Source of the DNA: Callorhinchus milii
Lineage: Eukaryota
Assembly (NCBI RefSeq): GCF_018977255.1
Contig: NW_024704742.1
Location: 20,586,001-20,650,000, forward strand
Reading direction: 5' to 3'
Length of the DNA: 64,000 bases
The stretch's first letter is position 1. Every line of letters begins with the position of its first letter. Below the pieces are notes generated by a model that worked only from the letters and a program-made list of their open reading frames with translations, had not been told where the DNA came from and searched no databases. A program made the position numbers and the translations under genes. Shown here one piece after another: positions 1 through 12,273 of this stretch.

Positions 1-363
1 TCGAAGCCCTCCATGGTCTTGCTTCCCCCTACCTCTGCGACCTTTTAAGCCCCTAGAAACCTACCCACTCTACCCGCTCAGCGGGCTTCATGACCCCTGC
101 CTTGCCCACCCCACCAATGGCAGGCAAGTCTTCTGCTACTCTGTCCCCACCCTTTGGAACTCCATCCCACAGTCTCTCTGCCTTGCCCCTCCCTTGCCTC
201 CTTCAAGACCTGTCTCAAGAGGTCACCCTCCTCCCCCCCCACCGCCCTTTACCCTCCCCCATCCCGATCCTCAGCTTGGGTCGGAAACCCTGACTGTCCA
301 GTGCCTTGGGATGTCCTCCTGACGTGAAAGGCGTTATACAAATGCAATTAGTATTATTATTTA
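1..363 (+). mobile_element. L2 LINE 3' fragment (ORF2 C-terminus, 3' UTR, tail)
   Basis: KALHGLASPYLCDLL-type coding remnant, then ccttgggatgtcctcctgacgtgaaaggcgttatacaaatg and a (TAT)n tail; same layout as 12698-13430. Confidence 0.9.
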
Positions 364-464
364 TAATGGCATATGTGGCAGAATAAAACAAACATTGTTG
401 ATATAATCATTGGTGAAACTGGGACTGTTAATAAGACAATTCAGAAATGTCTTGACTCATTCTT

Positions 465-640
465 TCCTTTGTCTTCCTTGTCCTGCCTCCCCCTCTCAAC
501 TTGTCCTTAAAAACCTCTCCCTCCCAACATGCCTCCGTTCTGACGAAGGGTCGTGCACCCAAAACTTTGACTCACTTTCCTTTCTCCATAGATGCTGCCT
601 GACCTGCTGAGTTTTCCCAGCGCTCTCTGTTTCTGTGTCT
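465..640 (+). mobile_element. Penelope-like element terminal fragment with degenerate hammerhead core
   Basis: ctgacgaagggtc...acccaaaactttgac...ctccatagatgctgcctgacctgctgag resembles the abundant shark Penelope-type terminal sequence (recalled); CTGANGA core at 540-546. Confidence 0.6.
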
Positions 641-1429
641 TGACAAAATACTTGGTGAACAAAATATCAACCTCCCGCAAAAAGTAACTATTTTAGGAAG
701 TTGAAAGATACTAAGAAAAGTAATATCCATTCATATGTAACATGGCAGTATTATTGGTCTGGCTGACTCATCACTGAAAACCACTTAGAAATGACCTCTA
801 CAGAGTGATTTAAACTGTAATAACATAATAATAACAACAATAATAATAACAAGCTAAGAAATGAATGCAAGTTCAGCTCATCCTCCCATTTTGCCCACTG
901 TCAGGATATACCTCATCTACACTTGGCAGTTTCCCAGCTGACACAGGAAATACCCTGTATAAGTAATTCAAAGGGTAAAGTTAGGAACTGAGATTGCAGT
1001 ACGACATGTTAGTTAGTACATGTCAATAAATGGAAGGATCAGTAATATCATAATGTTCGGTTTAACGTAGGAAGAAATTACTCATTACTGAAAAAAGCTT
1101 AACAGCTGAAGCTATTATTATTTCCAGCAGTCATGTGTCAAATGAACACATGCCGTTTGTATGGTTAGCAAGACTTTTCACATTGAAGCATCTCAAAGTG
1201 TGTTACAAGGAATTACAGTACAGTGCAGCGAACATTTTTGTTGGCAACCACAGCAGCTTTTTTTTGCCAGCAAGATTCCAAAATTAATTGACTGACCAAA
1301 TAAATTGGAGTGACTCCCTTCCCAAACAATGTCACTGTGTCATACCATTGGGCAATGCATTTGAAATGTCAGACTCGATACTCTGCTCAAATCCTGGCGT
1401 GGGCATGAACACTCAATAATAAATTAATA

Positions 1430-1672
1430 TTTGCATTTGATATAACGCCTTTCATGTCAGGTGCCTCAAAGCTGTACTCTAAAGGGTAGCACTGTACATC
1501 TTGCAGGTGAATGCGACAGCCAATTTGCATGCAGCAATGTCCCACCAACAGGCATGAATTGAATGAACGCTTTTGTCAGGGGGATTATTGACCAGGATAC
1601 AAGGAGAAATTCCCTCGCTTCTCAAACGGGATCTTTAACGTCCATTTGAGCAGGCAGACACTTCCTTGGGTG
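1430..1672 (-). mobile_element. Deu-domain SINE, degraded 3' half
   Basis: Reverse complement has the tail (tatcaaatgcaa), gctgcatgcaaattggctg, and Deu-type gggatctttaacgtccat on the plus strand. Confidence 0.7.
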
Positions 1673-3799
1673 TCCTGGTCAACAAGTGTACCCCACCCCT
1701 CTTTTGGCAGGCAAGCTTTCAGCCATTCTGTCTCCTTTCTCTGGAATTCTACCCATCTTAATTAGGAACAAGTACAAACTTCACTCCAACACGATCCCTT
1801 TTAGGAGCATTATTTCCGTGAGTACCCACTTGAATCCTTATTAAAGGATTCTCATTGGTAATTATTGCGTGTTAGTCTCCACTTTGTCAAAAATATTGTA
1901 ACCATAATTTAGAGTAACTGGTTTTCTATGACCTGCTCTGTGACCTGAACTTGAAATCCTGGCACTGAAGAGCACACAGAAATTTCTGGGAATGGCGTGT
2001 TCCAAATATTAAGATTGTTCTCTTTCTCTGAAGCGTAATGGAAATAATAGTGCGTAAAACATGACAGAAAAAAAATACTAATCAATTCCCTTTTCTCTCA
2101 GAAATACCTCTAAGCATTTCCAGCAAAACAAATAACTGACTCTGAAATGACTGAATGCAACATTATTTACTAGATGTTGCGGAACATGACAAATGTATTG
2201 CATACAATTCAAATCACAAGCATGTCTTTGTTCTAAGGGATGATGATTTCAAATTTGCAAAGTAAAGGAAAATGATGGGCATGAAAGCCTAGTTGAGCTG
2301 TTATTCAGTGAAATAAGGTGTCTTAGTAACTGGTGAATCCATGGAACATTTGAGTTACAATAGACTGAAAGATGTAATGTTGCAAGCTAGATAGGATGTC
2401 CTCCCCTTCCTGATAAACTCAGTGCTGTCAAATTGCTGACTTTGTACGAACTCAGCAGTTGCAACAATTGCAATGCAGAATGCATCCAGACTACATATTA
2501 ATGGATGGAATATCCCAGAGACTATGATTCTGATTTCAGAGCCTCCTGAGGACACCTAGTGTCAGAAAGGAGAAGTGAGATGTTTCAAACTGTGTAATAT
2601 CAATAATATATGATGTGTTGTAATAAATAATCTGATAAAATGTGCTCAATTAATTTCTGATCTATTGGATGCATCACGTATATTCAATTTGAATAGCGAT
2701 TTTACCTGATTGCCTTTTCTCCCTTACCTTTGCCCAAAGAACAAATCGATTAACAGCTGCCTTGAAGCGACAAGTAGAGATGCCCAATTGAATTATCAAA
2801 CGCTTCAGGACACTCTCCCAACGTGAAAGTCTCCATATAAGTGTGAATTGTAAATTGCATTGTAATTGAGGACGTTCAAAAGTGTAGCTCAGCTATACTT
2901 CTTGATATCATGGTTCTTTACTTCAAACTGAGCAGTGCATGTCAGAACTTTCTCACCCGCCTGATCATTGGCCTTGAGCCAACTCATATCCAGACACAAA
3001 AGAGCTAAACAGCAGCAATTAATTAGTGACACAACAAACTCCAGCTACAATAACAAATTCACTTCTTTCTTAGCCAATTTAACTCTTCATAATACAATAC
3101 ACAGCACACTGACACCTCCTCATACCATTTTATCTAGTGTTATACCAGCTACCCTGTGACACCCGTTATGCTTCGATAGAAGTTCTGCAATTCAGTTCAA
3201 TTTAATTAAAAACAATTTTGGCAACATTGTAGTTCTGAAAGTTATCTTGACACCTACTAATGAGGAACTTACACTTAATCAAAACAACATTCACAATCAA
3301 GATTGCGATTCTGCAAGTCAGCTCGACACTAACTAACAAGTATAAGCAAATCCAACCAAAACTATTTTTAATAATTCACTTCTGATCACAACACTAGAAA
3401 TTATAGCCTTACAATTTCACCTAGTCTTAGCCTGTGACAAGACTTTGTCTTAAAGTGTACGTCACTCTGAGATGCTACCCATGTGAAACATGCTATATCA
3501 ACAAGTTGTTACTGTTGTTGTTGAAACAAGTTAAAATTCGGGCTGCATTTATTTTTAAGAACAGTGGAAAACCATTTTTGCAAATTATAATTAGAAAATT
3601 AATCTGTACACAATTCAATGATCAAGGCTATTTTTACTTGGAAAGTAGATTTGAAAGAAATACCTGGCTCAGTCTGTAGCATTCTTGGCTGAATCAGAAG
3701 ATTGTGGGTTCAAGCTCCATGTGGGGACAGATTCACTCTTGTTTATTTGTCCCCTCCAACAGAGGTGAAATTGACTCTGGTTCTCAATTTGTATGTCTC

Positions 3800-4320
3800 C
3801 AGCTCCCTTCTATCCTCAACTAAATTCAATCCTTAATATACCAGGAGTAAGTCAGCTGGCGGTTTCCAGGGTGATACGAGATGTAACAAATACCCTTAAA
3901 ATTAAAGTGCACCACAAATGTTTTATCTACAGGCAAGATGTTCAGATGCACAACAAACAAATAATTTATGACATTGCTGGCTTCCCCTGAAGAGAAGGTG
4001 TAATGGAATTCCATACAGTTGGATTGCACAGTGCCAACAGACCCCTGGCCAGAAATCCTACCTTGGCAAAAACAATTCTTACTCAATGAATGTGCAGATG
4101 ACAGGTAATGATCAAAGAAGGAACATGCATGTTAGTTACCATCACTCTAAAAGTCTACTTGATGGATGCATTTTAGGTGCATGCTCTATTCTAAGTTTAA
4201 TGGAAGAAGATAGATGAATGGATGTTGGACTCAAGGGATCAGAGCTAATGTGGTGTGCCTATAGCTGATGGCCTGCAGTAGAACTCAGAGATATGAATAG
4301 AGAGATTACACTCATTCCCA
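3800..4320 (+). pseudogene. Decayed PIF/Harbinger transposase relic
   Basis: Reads GVSQLAVSRVIRDVTNTL...YDIAGFP*REGVMEFHTV, then after a frameshift YSMNVQ...SLLDGCIL (4080 onward). Collinear with Harbinger/HARBI1 motifs GxSQxxVSR, AGFPxVxGxIDCTH, SxNVQ, PGSxHDxxIL. Confidence 0.75.
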
Positions 4321-4334
4321 ACCATAGGGCGCCT

Positions 4335-4485
4335 AAATTAGTTTAAAAGAGAATTAGATAGAATCTTGAAAAAGATGAACGTTAAAGCCTGTAGACTAAT
4401 GGATCATTCAGAGTAAAAATCACTAGCACAGATTTTGTGAACTATTTTGCCTGTTTTTGTGTTGTAACATTCTATGATTCCATGA
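4335..4485 (+). mobile_element. CR1 LINE 3' end, degraded
   Basis: FKRELDRIL-type ORF2 end and an attctatgattccatga 8-mer tail. Confidence 0.6.
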
Positions 4486-6599
4486 ATGATATGTTTAGTT
4501 TTTTTCCCACTGCCTGGATCAGTTTTGTTGGACACATAGCACCATCCTTTCAAAATCAGTAAAACTGTGGTAGTTTGCTGTACATTGCATAACATAGCCA
4601 AAGGCAATGGTCTCACCATAGAACTGAAGAACACATGCACAAAACCTGGTATAAACGAGGGGGGAGCTGAGAATCTAGAGCAACAAAAGGATGAACAGTG
4701 TCAGTAATAAAACAGATGTCTCCAACACCAAGACCACATCAATCATTTCTTTGTGTGACTTGCAAAGTTTCAGAAAGTTTACTGCTTTTTTTTATTTCAT
4801 TGCCAGACATGGCCTTTTTGTTCTCTTGCATTCGTCACTGCAGATGCATGGTAATCTGTAAATAAATCACAAAACAAATTACTTTCTGCTGTACCATAAT
4901 TTATTGATATTACAAAGAATATCTAACGATAGCAAGTGCCATGCAATGTGTTTTCCTTGTCTTTGTAACACTTAGCCTTTTTTTGGTCCGAATCAGTTTC
5001 CCGGCATAGTTCAATAGCTCTGGTTGAAGCTTACACTCCCACCAGACATCTGAAAAGAGGAGAGTGGGACGAGTCTCTGTTGGGACGATTGTACCTAAGG
5101 CTTATAGATTCGCGCTACAGGAACATTGATCCTTCTCGTCAAGGCACTGGGATATGTCAATGCTGCCCAGCCACATGCTTATCTCTCACAACAGTTGTGA
5201 CCATCTAGTCAGCCTTTCAATCTAACACAGTATTGAGATACACTTAGACAATGTCTCTCTGCCAATTGAGTCCCTTCCACAATGCTCCACTCCCTCTCTG
5301 CTGCCTTTGACAACACCATTCTCCTCCACGGTCCACTTTTGTGACACCACATTTCATTGTTCCATTTGTGTTCACTTGTTTTCAGGTGGATATTAATGAA
5401 CCATAAAACTGTTTCGGAAGAGAAGGGCATTTCTCCTGGTGAACTGTCAACAATCCTGCAGATTAATTGTCCAGTTACACAAAAGTAGTTTCTGGGACTT
5501 TGATGGTGATAACGGTTGCAACATTTATCTACAACAGTCACTACATTTGACAACAATTATCAAGAAGTGCTATGAAAATGCAAGTTCTTCTTTTCCATGT
5601 TAGAAATCCAGTTATTTAAATATACCTCCTTATTGGCAGTGGTAGGAGTGATGCATTTAACACACTCACATTCATCATGTTAGTTCTACCTGTTTAATGT
5701 AGAATATTTAATTTCTTTGAACGCCTACCTCTTTGAATGTATTGATAGCCAGCTGCCCCTCTCCCTTGTTCTCATTCAACCCTGTCTGTACCTTATTAAC
5801 CCATGTAATGGGCTCCACGTAAATACAAGTTGCTCTTCTTAAGTAGTCGGAGTGCAATTTCTAGCACATATTCGCATTTGTCCTTATTTTGGATACAGAT
5901 AAACAACAACAAATTACATTTGCATAACATCTTTCACATCAGGAGGACATCCCAAGATAAATATTTTCTACCTAATGTTGATATTTTCATTGGTAAATAA
6001 AAACATTCAGATAATACTGAGGTAAAAGATACATTTATAAAAATGAACCATCCATACCTCTGTTCAAACCAGAAAAACAATTATTCTGTTGAGGTGTGAT
6101 GCAGAAACGATAAAGGAAGAGGAAAACTGGGGAATGGGTAGAGATTAAATCATGGTTAACAGAAAAACAAGGCTCAGGTTCTGAACACGGGGCAAAACTG
6201 CATGGGAATGATTTATTGAGAAGGTTTTACCACTCAGTCGGGAGTCACAAAGGCCGGTTTGCACTGTGTGTGGAGGCACTGGATTTCAAACTGTTAGCTT
6301 CTGGCTTTTAAACAAGCTTCTGTACAGTGGGAACAAAACCTAAACTGTGAATCATTTACAAAATTTGATTCTTGTGAGGTTCACAGTGTTTTCCGAGACA
6401 AGGAAAAGATAAAGGATTAAATAGTGCCGCACTTACAGCAGTCAATATGGAAAGTGTTCTACAAAACATCATCTCTCTCCTTCTCAACCTCTCTTTCAAA
6501 CCCACTGAACCTTTAGTGCATAACGTTTTCGTTTGGTTCCATCTTTAGCTCTCCTCCTTCCTCACATTCAGTCACTTTTCTTCATCGTCACCACATTGT

Positions 6600-6906
6600 C
6601 TATCCCGGGCAGGGTGAAATGTTGGTCAAGTTTCGTTACTCCACATGCCTTTGTTTACCTAGCACCAAGTAGGAACCCAGTTGTTAGATTGCTTTTCCGG
6701 GGGTAATAACCCTTCAAAAAAATAATAATAATTTGGTCACTCAATCCTTGACTGTTTGTGGTACACTGCTGTGAGGCAATTGGCTGTCTTGTTTTACACA
6801 CAAAATATACAGTCAATTCACTTTACAGTATATTCTGTGAAGTTTTTGAGACATTTAGCAGATGTGATAAAGCACAATATCAAATGCAAGGATTATTATT
6901 ATCATT
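6600..6906 (+). mobile_element. tRNA-derived SINE family A (long form), 5' truncated
   Basis: Matches 13919-14280 from the B-box region to the (ATT)n tail. Confidence 0.85.
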
Positions 6907-7432
6907 ACTTCCACCCCTGTCTCACGCAAAATGCCACAGAAGCCCTTTTTCACACCTTTGATACCTCCGAATCAATTTCTCAAATGCAATCCGTGCCAGT
7001 TTTTCTAGTTCTACCAACCACAAATACCAGCTCATACGAAACTCCACTGAACACATCCTCACCAGCATCAAACCATCACCTATAAATCCTTTCACACTCT
7101 AGCACCTCCATATCTCTGTGATCTTCTACACAACTCTTCTGCTGGCTGCCTCCACTCAGCTAACTTGGTCCTACAGTGCATCCACACACTCTTTTCCCCA
7201 ACATCATGTTTAAGCCTTTAGTTGCTATAGCCCCAATCCTTGGAATACCCTTCCTGTATCCCTCAACCTTACCCTTCTCTGTCTTTAAATCCTGTCTGTG
7301 AACCTATTTATTCAACTGTGCCTCAGGCCATCTCTACCCTTTTCCCTTGCTTTTGATGTCTGACACCATCTCTGTGAAGCTATCAAGGCCATTATCCTAC
7401 ATGAAGGGCACTATATAAATGGAATTTATTGT
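6907..7432 (+). mobile_element. Old L2 3' fragment
   Basis: LTQNATEALFHTFDTS resembles L2 LTxxAAETLxHAFITS; ends atgaagggcactatataaatggaatttattg. Confidence 0.65.
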
Positions 7433-8151
7433 CTTAAATGCCTGGTGTGACCACTCAATTTCATTTTGCTGACCAAAGAAATGCAAGGTTTACAGTAACC
7501 TTCTGTCAAAATGTGTTCAAAGTAAACAAGATGAGTTTCGCTTTGTCAGCACATCAAAGCCAACGTGACCCTTGTGAACATAGAAAAAGGTCAGTCAGGA
7601 GATTCCTAATGACGTTCAGCAGATGTGCAATTAAACTTGTCACCGATTGCAATAGACTCATCAGAATTCTATCTGCATCCTAAAAAGCCTTCACAACTAC
7701 CTCAGCTGGGTTAATTATCTCAGCAGTTTCATGCCAAAATGAGTAATGTGGCTGCTTTCTCAGACCTATACCAGCCACAGCAGTGCATGTACTTTCTCAA
7801 AGTGATCTTGATTCAAAGCAGGTAAAGAATGATATTTGAGATGGAGTCACGAGAAGTGGCTTTGGAGGAAAACTTTTTGTCTGGGTCTAAATTTATTTTA
7901 TTCATATAGTATTTCAGAGGGTCCAGAATTTGGCAAATTGTTGAATTCAGGCATCATTTTGCCAGCTTTATATTTACAATGGTATTTAAAAAAATAACCT
8001 AATGTTTTCTCTAGAATCCTACAGAAATAGAGTAAGATAAATCTAAATGCAGATGAAATTTCCCCCTATGTGCAATTACAATGGGGAAATCTTATTACAG
8101 TCTGACTTCTTCAACACTGGCACACAAAACACCAAGTAACAGGTTAACTAA

Positions 8152-8555
8152 CTGGCTTAGTTGGTAGCACTCTCTCCTCTGAATCAGAGGTTGCAGGTTC
8201 AAGCCCCACTTCAGGACTTCAGGTTATCACTCCAAATACAGTACTGAAGAGTGCTGCATTGTCAGATATGCTATACATTGGAATGGGATGTTAAACTAAG
8301 GTTCTGTTTGTCTGCACAACTGGGTGATAATGATCGCAATGCACTATTTGAAAAGAGAAGGAAATTTTTCCCAGTGTCCTGGCCAACAATCCTCCAGATA
8401 AAATTGGTCATTTATTTCATGGGTGTTTGTAGGACAACGACATATGCAAATTGACTTGGAATTGCCTAAAAATACACTACATTGTGTAGTAAAATCCTGT
8501 GAATTGCTTTGAATGTGTGAGAAGGCTTTGTCAAATGCAAGGTTTATTATTATTA
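8152..8555 (+). mobile_element. Deu-domain tRNA SINE (SacSINE1-like), family B
   Basis: A box tggcttagttgg, B box ggttcaagccc, cagtactgaagagtgctgcattgtc, gcactatttg, and tail caaatgcaagg(tta)n. Confidence 0.8.
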
Positions 8556-9142
8556 AAACTATAACATTCCAGCTTTCTGATCAGACTAAGCTGGTCATCA
8601 GCATGAACAAAGTTGATGGAGTAACTGGACCACAACAGAATGCTATCAAGTGAAATACTGCAGGGTCAATAAACAATGTAGGTACAATAATATGGATGAT
8701 AAAAGAAAATGCTCCATCTGTTAATCTATAAACGTTTGTGACCACTAAAACTCCATGAACAGTGTAATACATCCTACATGTATAGAGCAGTATATTTACA
8801 GTAAATAGATCAATAAACCTTTATGGACTGGATGAAACTGTTGTTCGCTGAAAAGTAGAAACATCCTATTGTTTGTTTGCTTGCTGCTTCCGATCAAAAT
8901 TTATGACAGTAATACATTTCTTAAAAAGATTTATTCACCCACAAACACATTGTTTATATCTAACATCAATTTGCAAACAAACATAAACATGAACTGCAGA
9001 ATCCTACAGAAATAGAATAAAATAAATCTAAACACAGATGAAATTTCTCCCTATTTTGACTGCGCAATTATAATGGAGAACTCTTATTACAGTCTGACAT
9101 CTTCAACACTGCCCACAGAACACCAATTAACAAGTCAACTAA

Positions 9143-9322
9143 CTGGCTCAGTTGGTAGCACTCGCGCCTCTGAATCAGAAGTTGTAGGTTCAAGTCCCAC
9201 ATCAGGACTTTGATTCACAGTTTAGGTTGTTACTGAGGAGTGTTGAATTGTCAGATATGCTATACTTTGGAAAGAAATGTTAAACTAAGGTTCTGTTTTC
9301 TGTACAAGTGGATGGTAAAGAT
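9143..9322 (+). mobile_element. Deu-domain SINE 5' half (copy within the duplication)
   Basis: tggctcagttggtagcactcgcgcctctgaatcagaagttgtaggttcaagtcccac; truncated at the deletion point. Confidence 0.8.
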
Positions 9323-9658
9323 TTTATGGACTGGATGAAACTGTCGCTCACTGAAAAGTAGAAACATTCTATTGTTGGTTTGCTTGCTACTCCGGATCAA
9401 AGTAAGACATTTCTTGAAGAGATTTATTTGCCCACAATACACATTGTTCATATCAATACATCAATTTGCAAACATGAAAATGAACTGCAGTAAAATTCAA
9501 GTTCTGATAAATATTGAACATGTTTCTTAATTAAAGACCAAAAACACTTGGCGGAGGGAGGGGAAGGTTAGAGGAGAAGTGGGGGAATTTACCCCCAGGA
9601 TATTTAATGACTTTGGTGTTGAATAGATGTTGTTCTTCACTTGAAGAACAACATCACA

Positions 9659-10115
9659 TGAAGGATGCACACCACCTTACTAAGTCAGTCCGGAACCTTG
9701 GTGCCTTGTTTGACGCTCAACTATCCTTTCTACCCCACATCGGTACCATGTCCCACTCTGCCTTCCCCCACTTCCGCAACATCGCCCAGCTCCGCTACTG
9801 GCTCAGAACGCAAGCTGCCGAGACCCTCATGCATGCATTCATAATATCCAGGCTCGATTACGCAAACTTTCTGCTTGTTGGCCTCTCCAACTCCTCCCTC
9901 CACAGGCTGCAGATCATCCAGAACTCTGCAGCCTGTGTCCTCTCCCGCACCAGTCTCTGTGACCCTATCACTCCCATCCTCACCCAACTCCACTAGCTTC
10001 CCATCACACAGAGGATACAGTTCAAGATCCTGGTCCTCACCTTCAAAGCCCACCATGGCCTTACTCCACCCTACCTCTGCGAACTTCTAACCCCCTACCA
10101 ACCTGCCCAGTCCCT
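9659..10115 (+). mobile_element. L2 ORF2 fragment lacking the 3' tail
   Basis: ORF 9607-9996: VRNLGALFD...HAFIISRLDYANFLLVGL...LQIIQNSAA. Confidence 0.9.
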
Positions 10116-10500
10116 GTAGATGAGAGGAGTCTAAGATTGATTGGCAGCAAACTCTAGCCATTCACAAGTGGCTGGAGTTGGGCTTTCAAACAGTGAGGGG
10201 ACGGAAGGACAGGGAAGAACAAAAGAGTGAATGGGAGGAGTCAAATCATGATTGATCGACAGCTGAGCCGCCTGTGAAAGGGTAGAGATCCCAAACATTC
10301 ACAAGTGGTTGCAGGCTGTCAATGACCAGGGCACAGCCACTAATAGGACCCCTTCCCAACCAAAGAGAAAGGCAATGGGAGGGAGGAGGCACTGCCGCTG
10401 CTAGGCAGGAAGAGGTTAGGGAACTCCGGCTAACCTCGGACGCCTTTTAAGGCGGACAAAACGTCCATCCCCGATGTGTCCGGCTTAAAGATTTCCACTG
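10116..10500. mobile_element. pogo/Tigger-like DNA element end
   Basis: Reverse complement of the right end is TA|CAGTGGAAATCTTTAAGCCGGACAC, a Tc1-mariner/pogo-style TIR with TA target. CpG-rich with internal repeats; no left TIR found. Confidence 0.45.
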
Positions 10501-11868
10501 TATTTTGATATGCTCTGTAACCTCAGTCTAATCACAATACTATGTTGAGAAAAATGTTCACCTACAAAAATACAGTCACTGCTCTTCACCGTAAAAATTC
10601 TGTTAAGCACTTTGAGATGTTTCAACGACATGATAAGTTTCTATATCAAATGCAAGAATTACAATGCTAAGAACTCCATAATAATATATTATATCTATAT
10701 TAGGTATGGACTACATCTGTGACTGTTTGAGCACTTTGTTTTGGCTCAGAAAAACAGACTCGGAATAACTTAATAAAAACTGTTTTTTTTGCATTATCTG
10801 CAATTTAACATGTGCAAAATTGCCAATCTTTATCTTTATCTGCACTCTAAAGCCATAATAGATGTCTGCACCATTACCTTCAGCTACATTTCCCAACAAT
10901 ATGTATCCCTCAGAGGTAAGTAAAGTTAAAGAATTTGAAATTAAGCGAATTAAATAATGAATCTGGAAACTCTTGAAAACATGCACATTTAGTGACCAAT
11001 TAAATTAACAAGGTGTCACAAAAGTGACCAATGAACAGAGCAACAGTTATTATAGCTTTTTAAATCCTTAGGTTAGTTTATAGGTACATGGTACTTAACA
11101 TATACCTAGAACAAGTATAGGTGGAGATTTTACTTGTGTACATCCCATATTATAAGCAAAAGCAAGGTTTGCTCTGGGAGTTACCCAATAACCTCTTTGA
11201 TGCATGCATAGGGAAAAGAAAATAGGAGGGGTGGGGGCTTTTGTGGAGTACAAACACTGGCAAGGACTGGTTGGGCCAAATGGCCTGTTTCCATGCATTA
11301 TCATTATCATTATCATTCTATCTAGTTTTATGCAGGTCTTTTGGAGAATGGGCAATTTCTACAGCCAGCATGTTCATCACAACAAATGTTTGCTGCGTGT
11401 TACAAGAGACTTAGCATAGGTTCCTGATGCACAAGTTTAGAAATGAAAATCTGTCGAAGACCAGCAAACAGTACCTGAGAAGCAGATGGTGACACAGAAG
11501 CAGGATAGAGAAAGAGTGCTGGCTTCACACTAGGGCGGTAGGCAAATTGACTTGCGAGGCCATCTGCTATGCCTGTTGTTCTCAAGTTAATATTATGAAC
11601 ATGTTTGTGTTGCTGTGCATCTGGATGTTTCTAAATTGAACACTGACATTGATATTGTCATAGCTTGCTTCAGAACACACATACAGTGCTTTGCAAAGCT
11701 CTGAGATGTTGGGTGCTGTAACTAGACTAGTTTATAGCCTGCAAGGCTTATACAGTTCATTGCCCGTTGGTATATTTGAGGTACTTCAAGACAGGTCCTG
11801 TCAAGCAGCAGCTGTACACCAAGGACTCCTCTTCTTGGATAGAAGCTTTTGGTGGTTGAATAGAATTT

Positions 11869-11949
11869 AAAAATCTTGCATTTGATATAGTACACGCCAG
11901 TAAGACATCTCAAAGCGCTTCACAGAACTTACTGTAAAGTGTATTTGTC
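11869..11949 (-). mobile_element. SINE/L2-type 3' tail fragment
   Basis: cttgcatttgatatag...gacatctcaaagcgcttcacagaa...ctgtaaagtg is the reverse complement of the shared SINE tail. Confidence 0.75.
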
Positions 11950-12033
11950 CAAATTTACTCATGACTCAAAATAAGTGAAGCAGTAGTGACAGAGGACACA
12001 GCAAAAGATTTTTTGGCAATTCAGCAGACGCAT

Positions 12034-12273
12034 GGAAAAAATGCATACTCTCTCACAATGATATAAACCCAGCTCATGTTCCCTATTAATGGGTGAACAA
12101 TCCGTTAATGGATTTGATTACACAATGTTGCAAGAGCTGATATTGAAGGTTGTCAATATTTACACTTGACGATGAGTGTTTTCTCTGTAATAACATTTCT
12201 GTTGTCGCCTGCTTAAACTTCAAAAGGTAGAAGAATCTTCAGGCCCTTTTATTTTGCCATTTGTTTATCAAGA
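12034..12273 (-). pseudogene. Decayed 28S rRNA fragment (domain V, peptidyl-transferase region)
   Basis: Plus strand taaacccagctcatgttccctattaatgggtgaacaatcc is the reverse complement of the conserved 28S GGATTGTTCACCCACTAATAGGGAACGTGAGCTGGGTTTA (2 mismatches to the recalled sequence). Collinear blocks continue: aagagctgatattgaagg, cctgcttaaa, caaaaggt, aggccc, atcaagat. Confidence 0.88.

Larger units (their letters stand above)
8012..9490 (+). repeat. Tandem segmental duplication; second copy internally deleted
   Basis: 8012-8330 aligns to 8998-9320 and 8820-8998 aligns to 9323-9490 (both start agaatcctacagaaatag and end tgaactgcag). Confidence 0.9.

Noticed and set aside
5050..5210. LF-SINE-like fragment
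   Set aside because: Resemblance too vague to support without an alignment.
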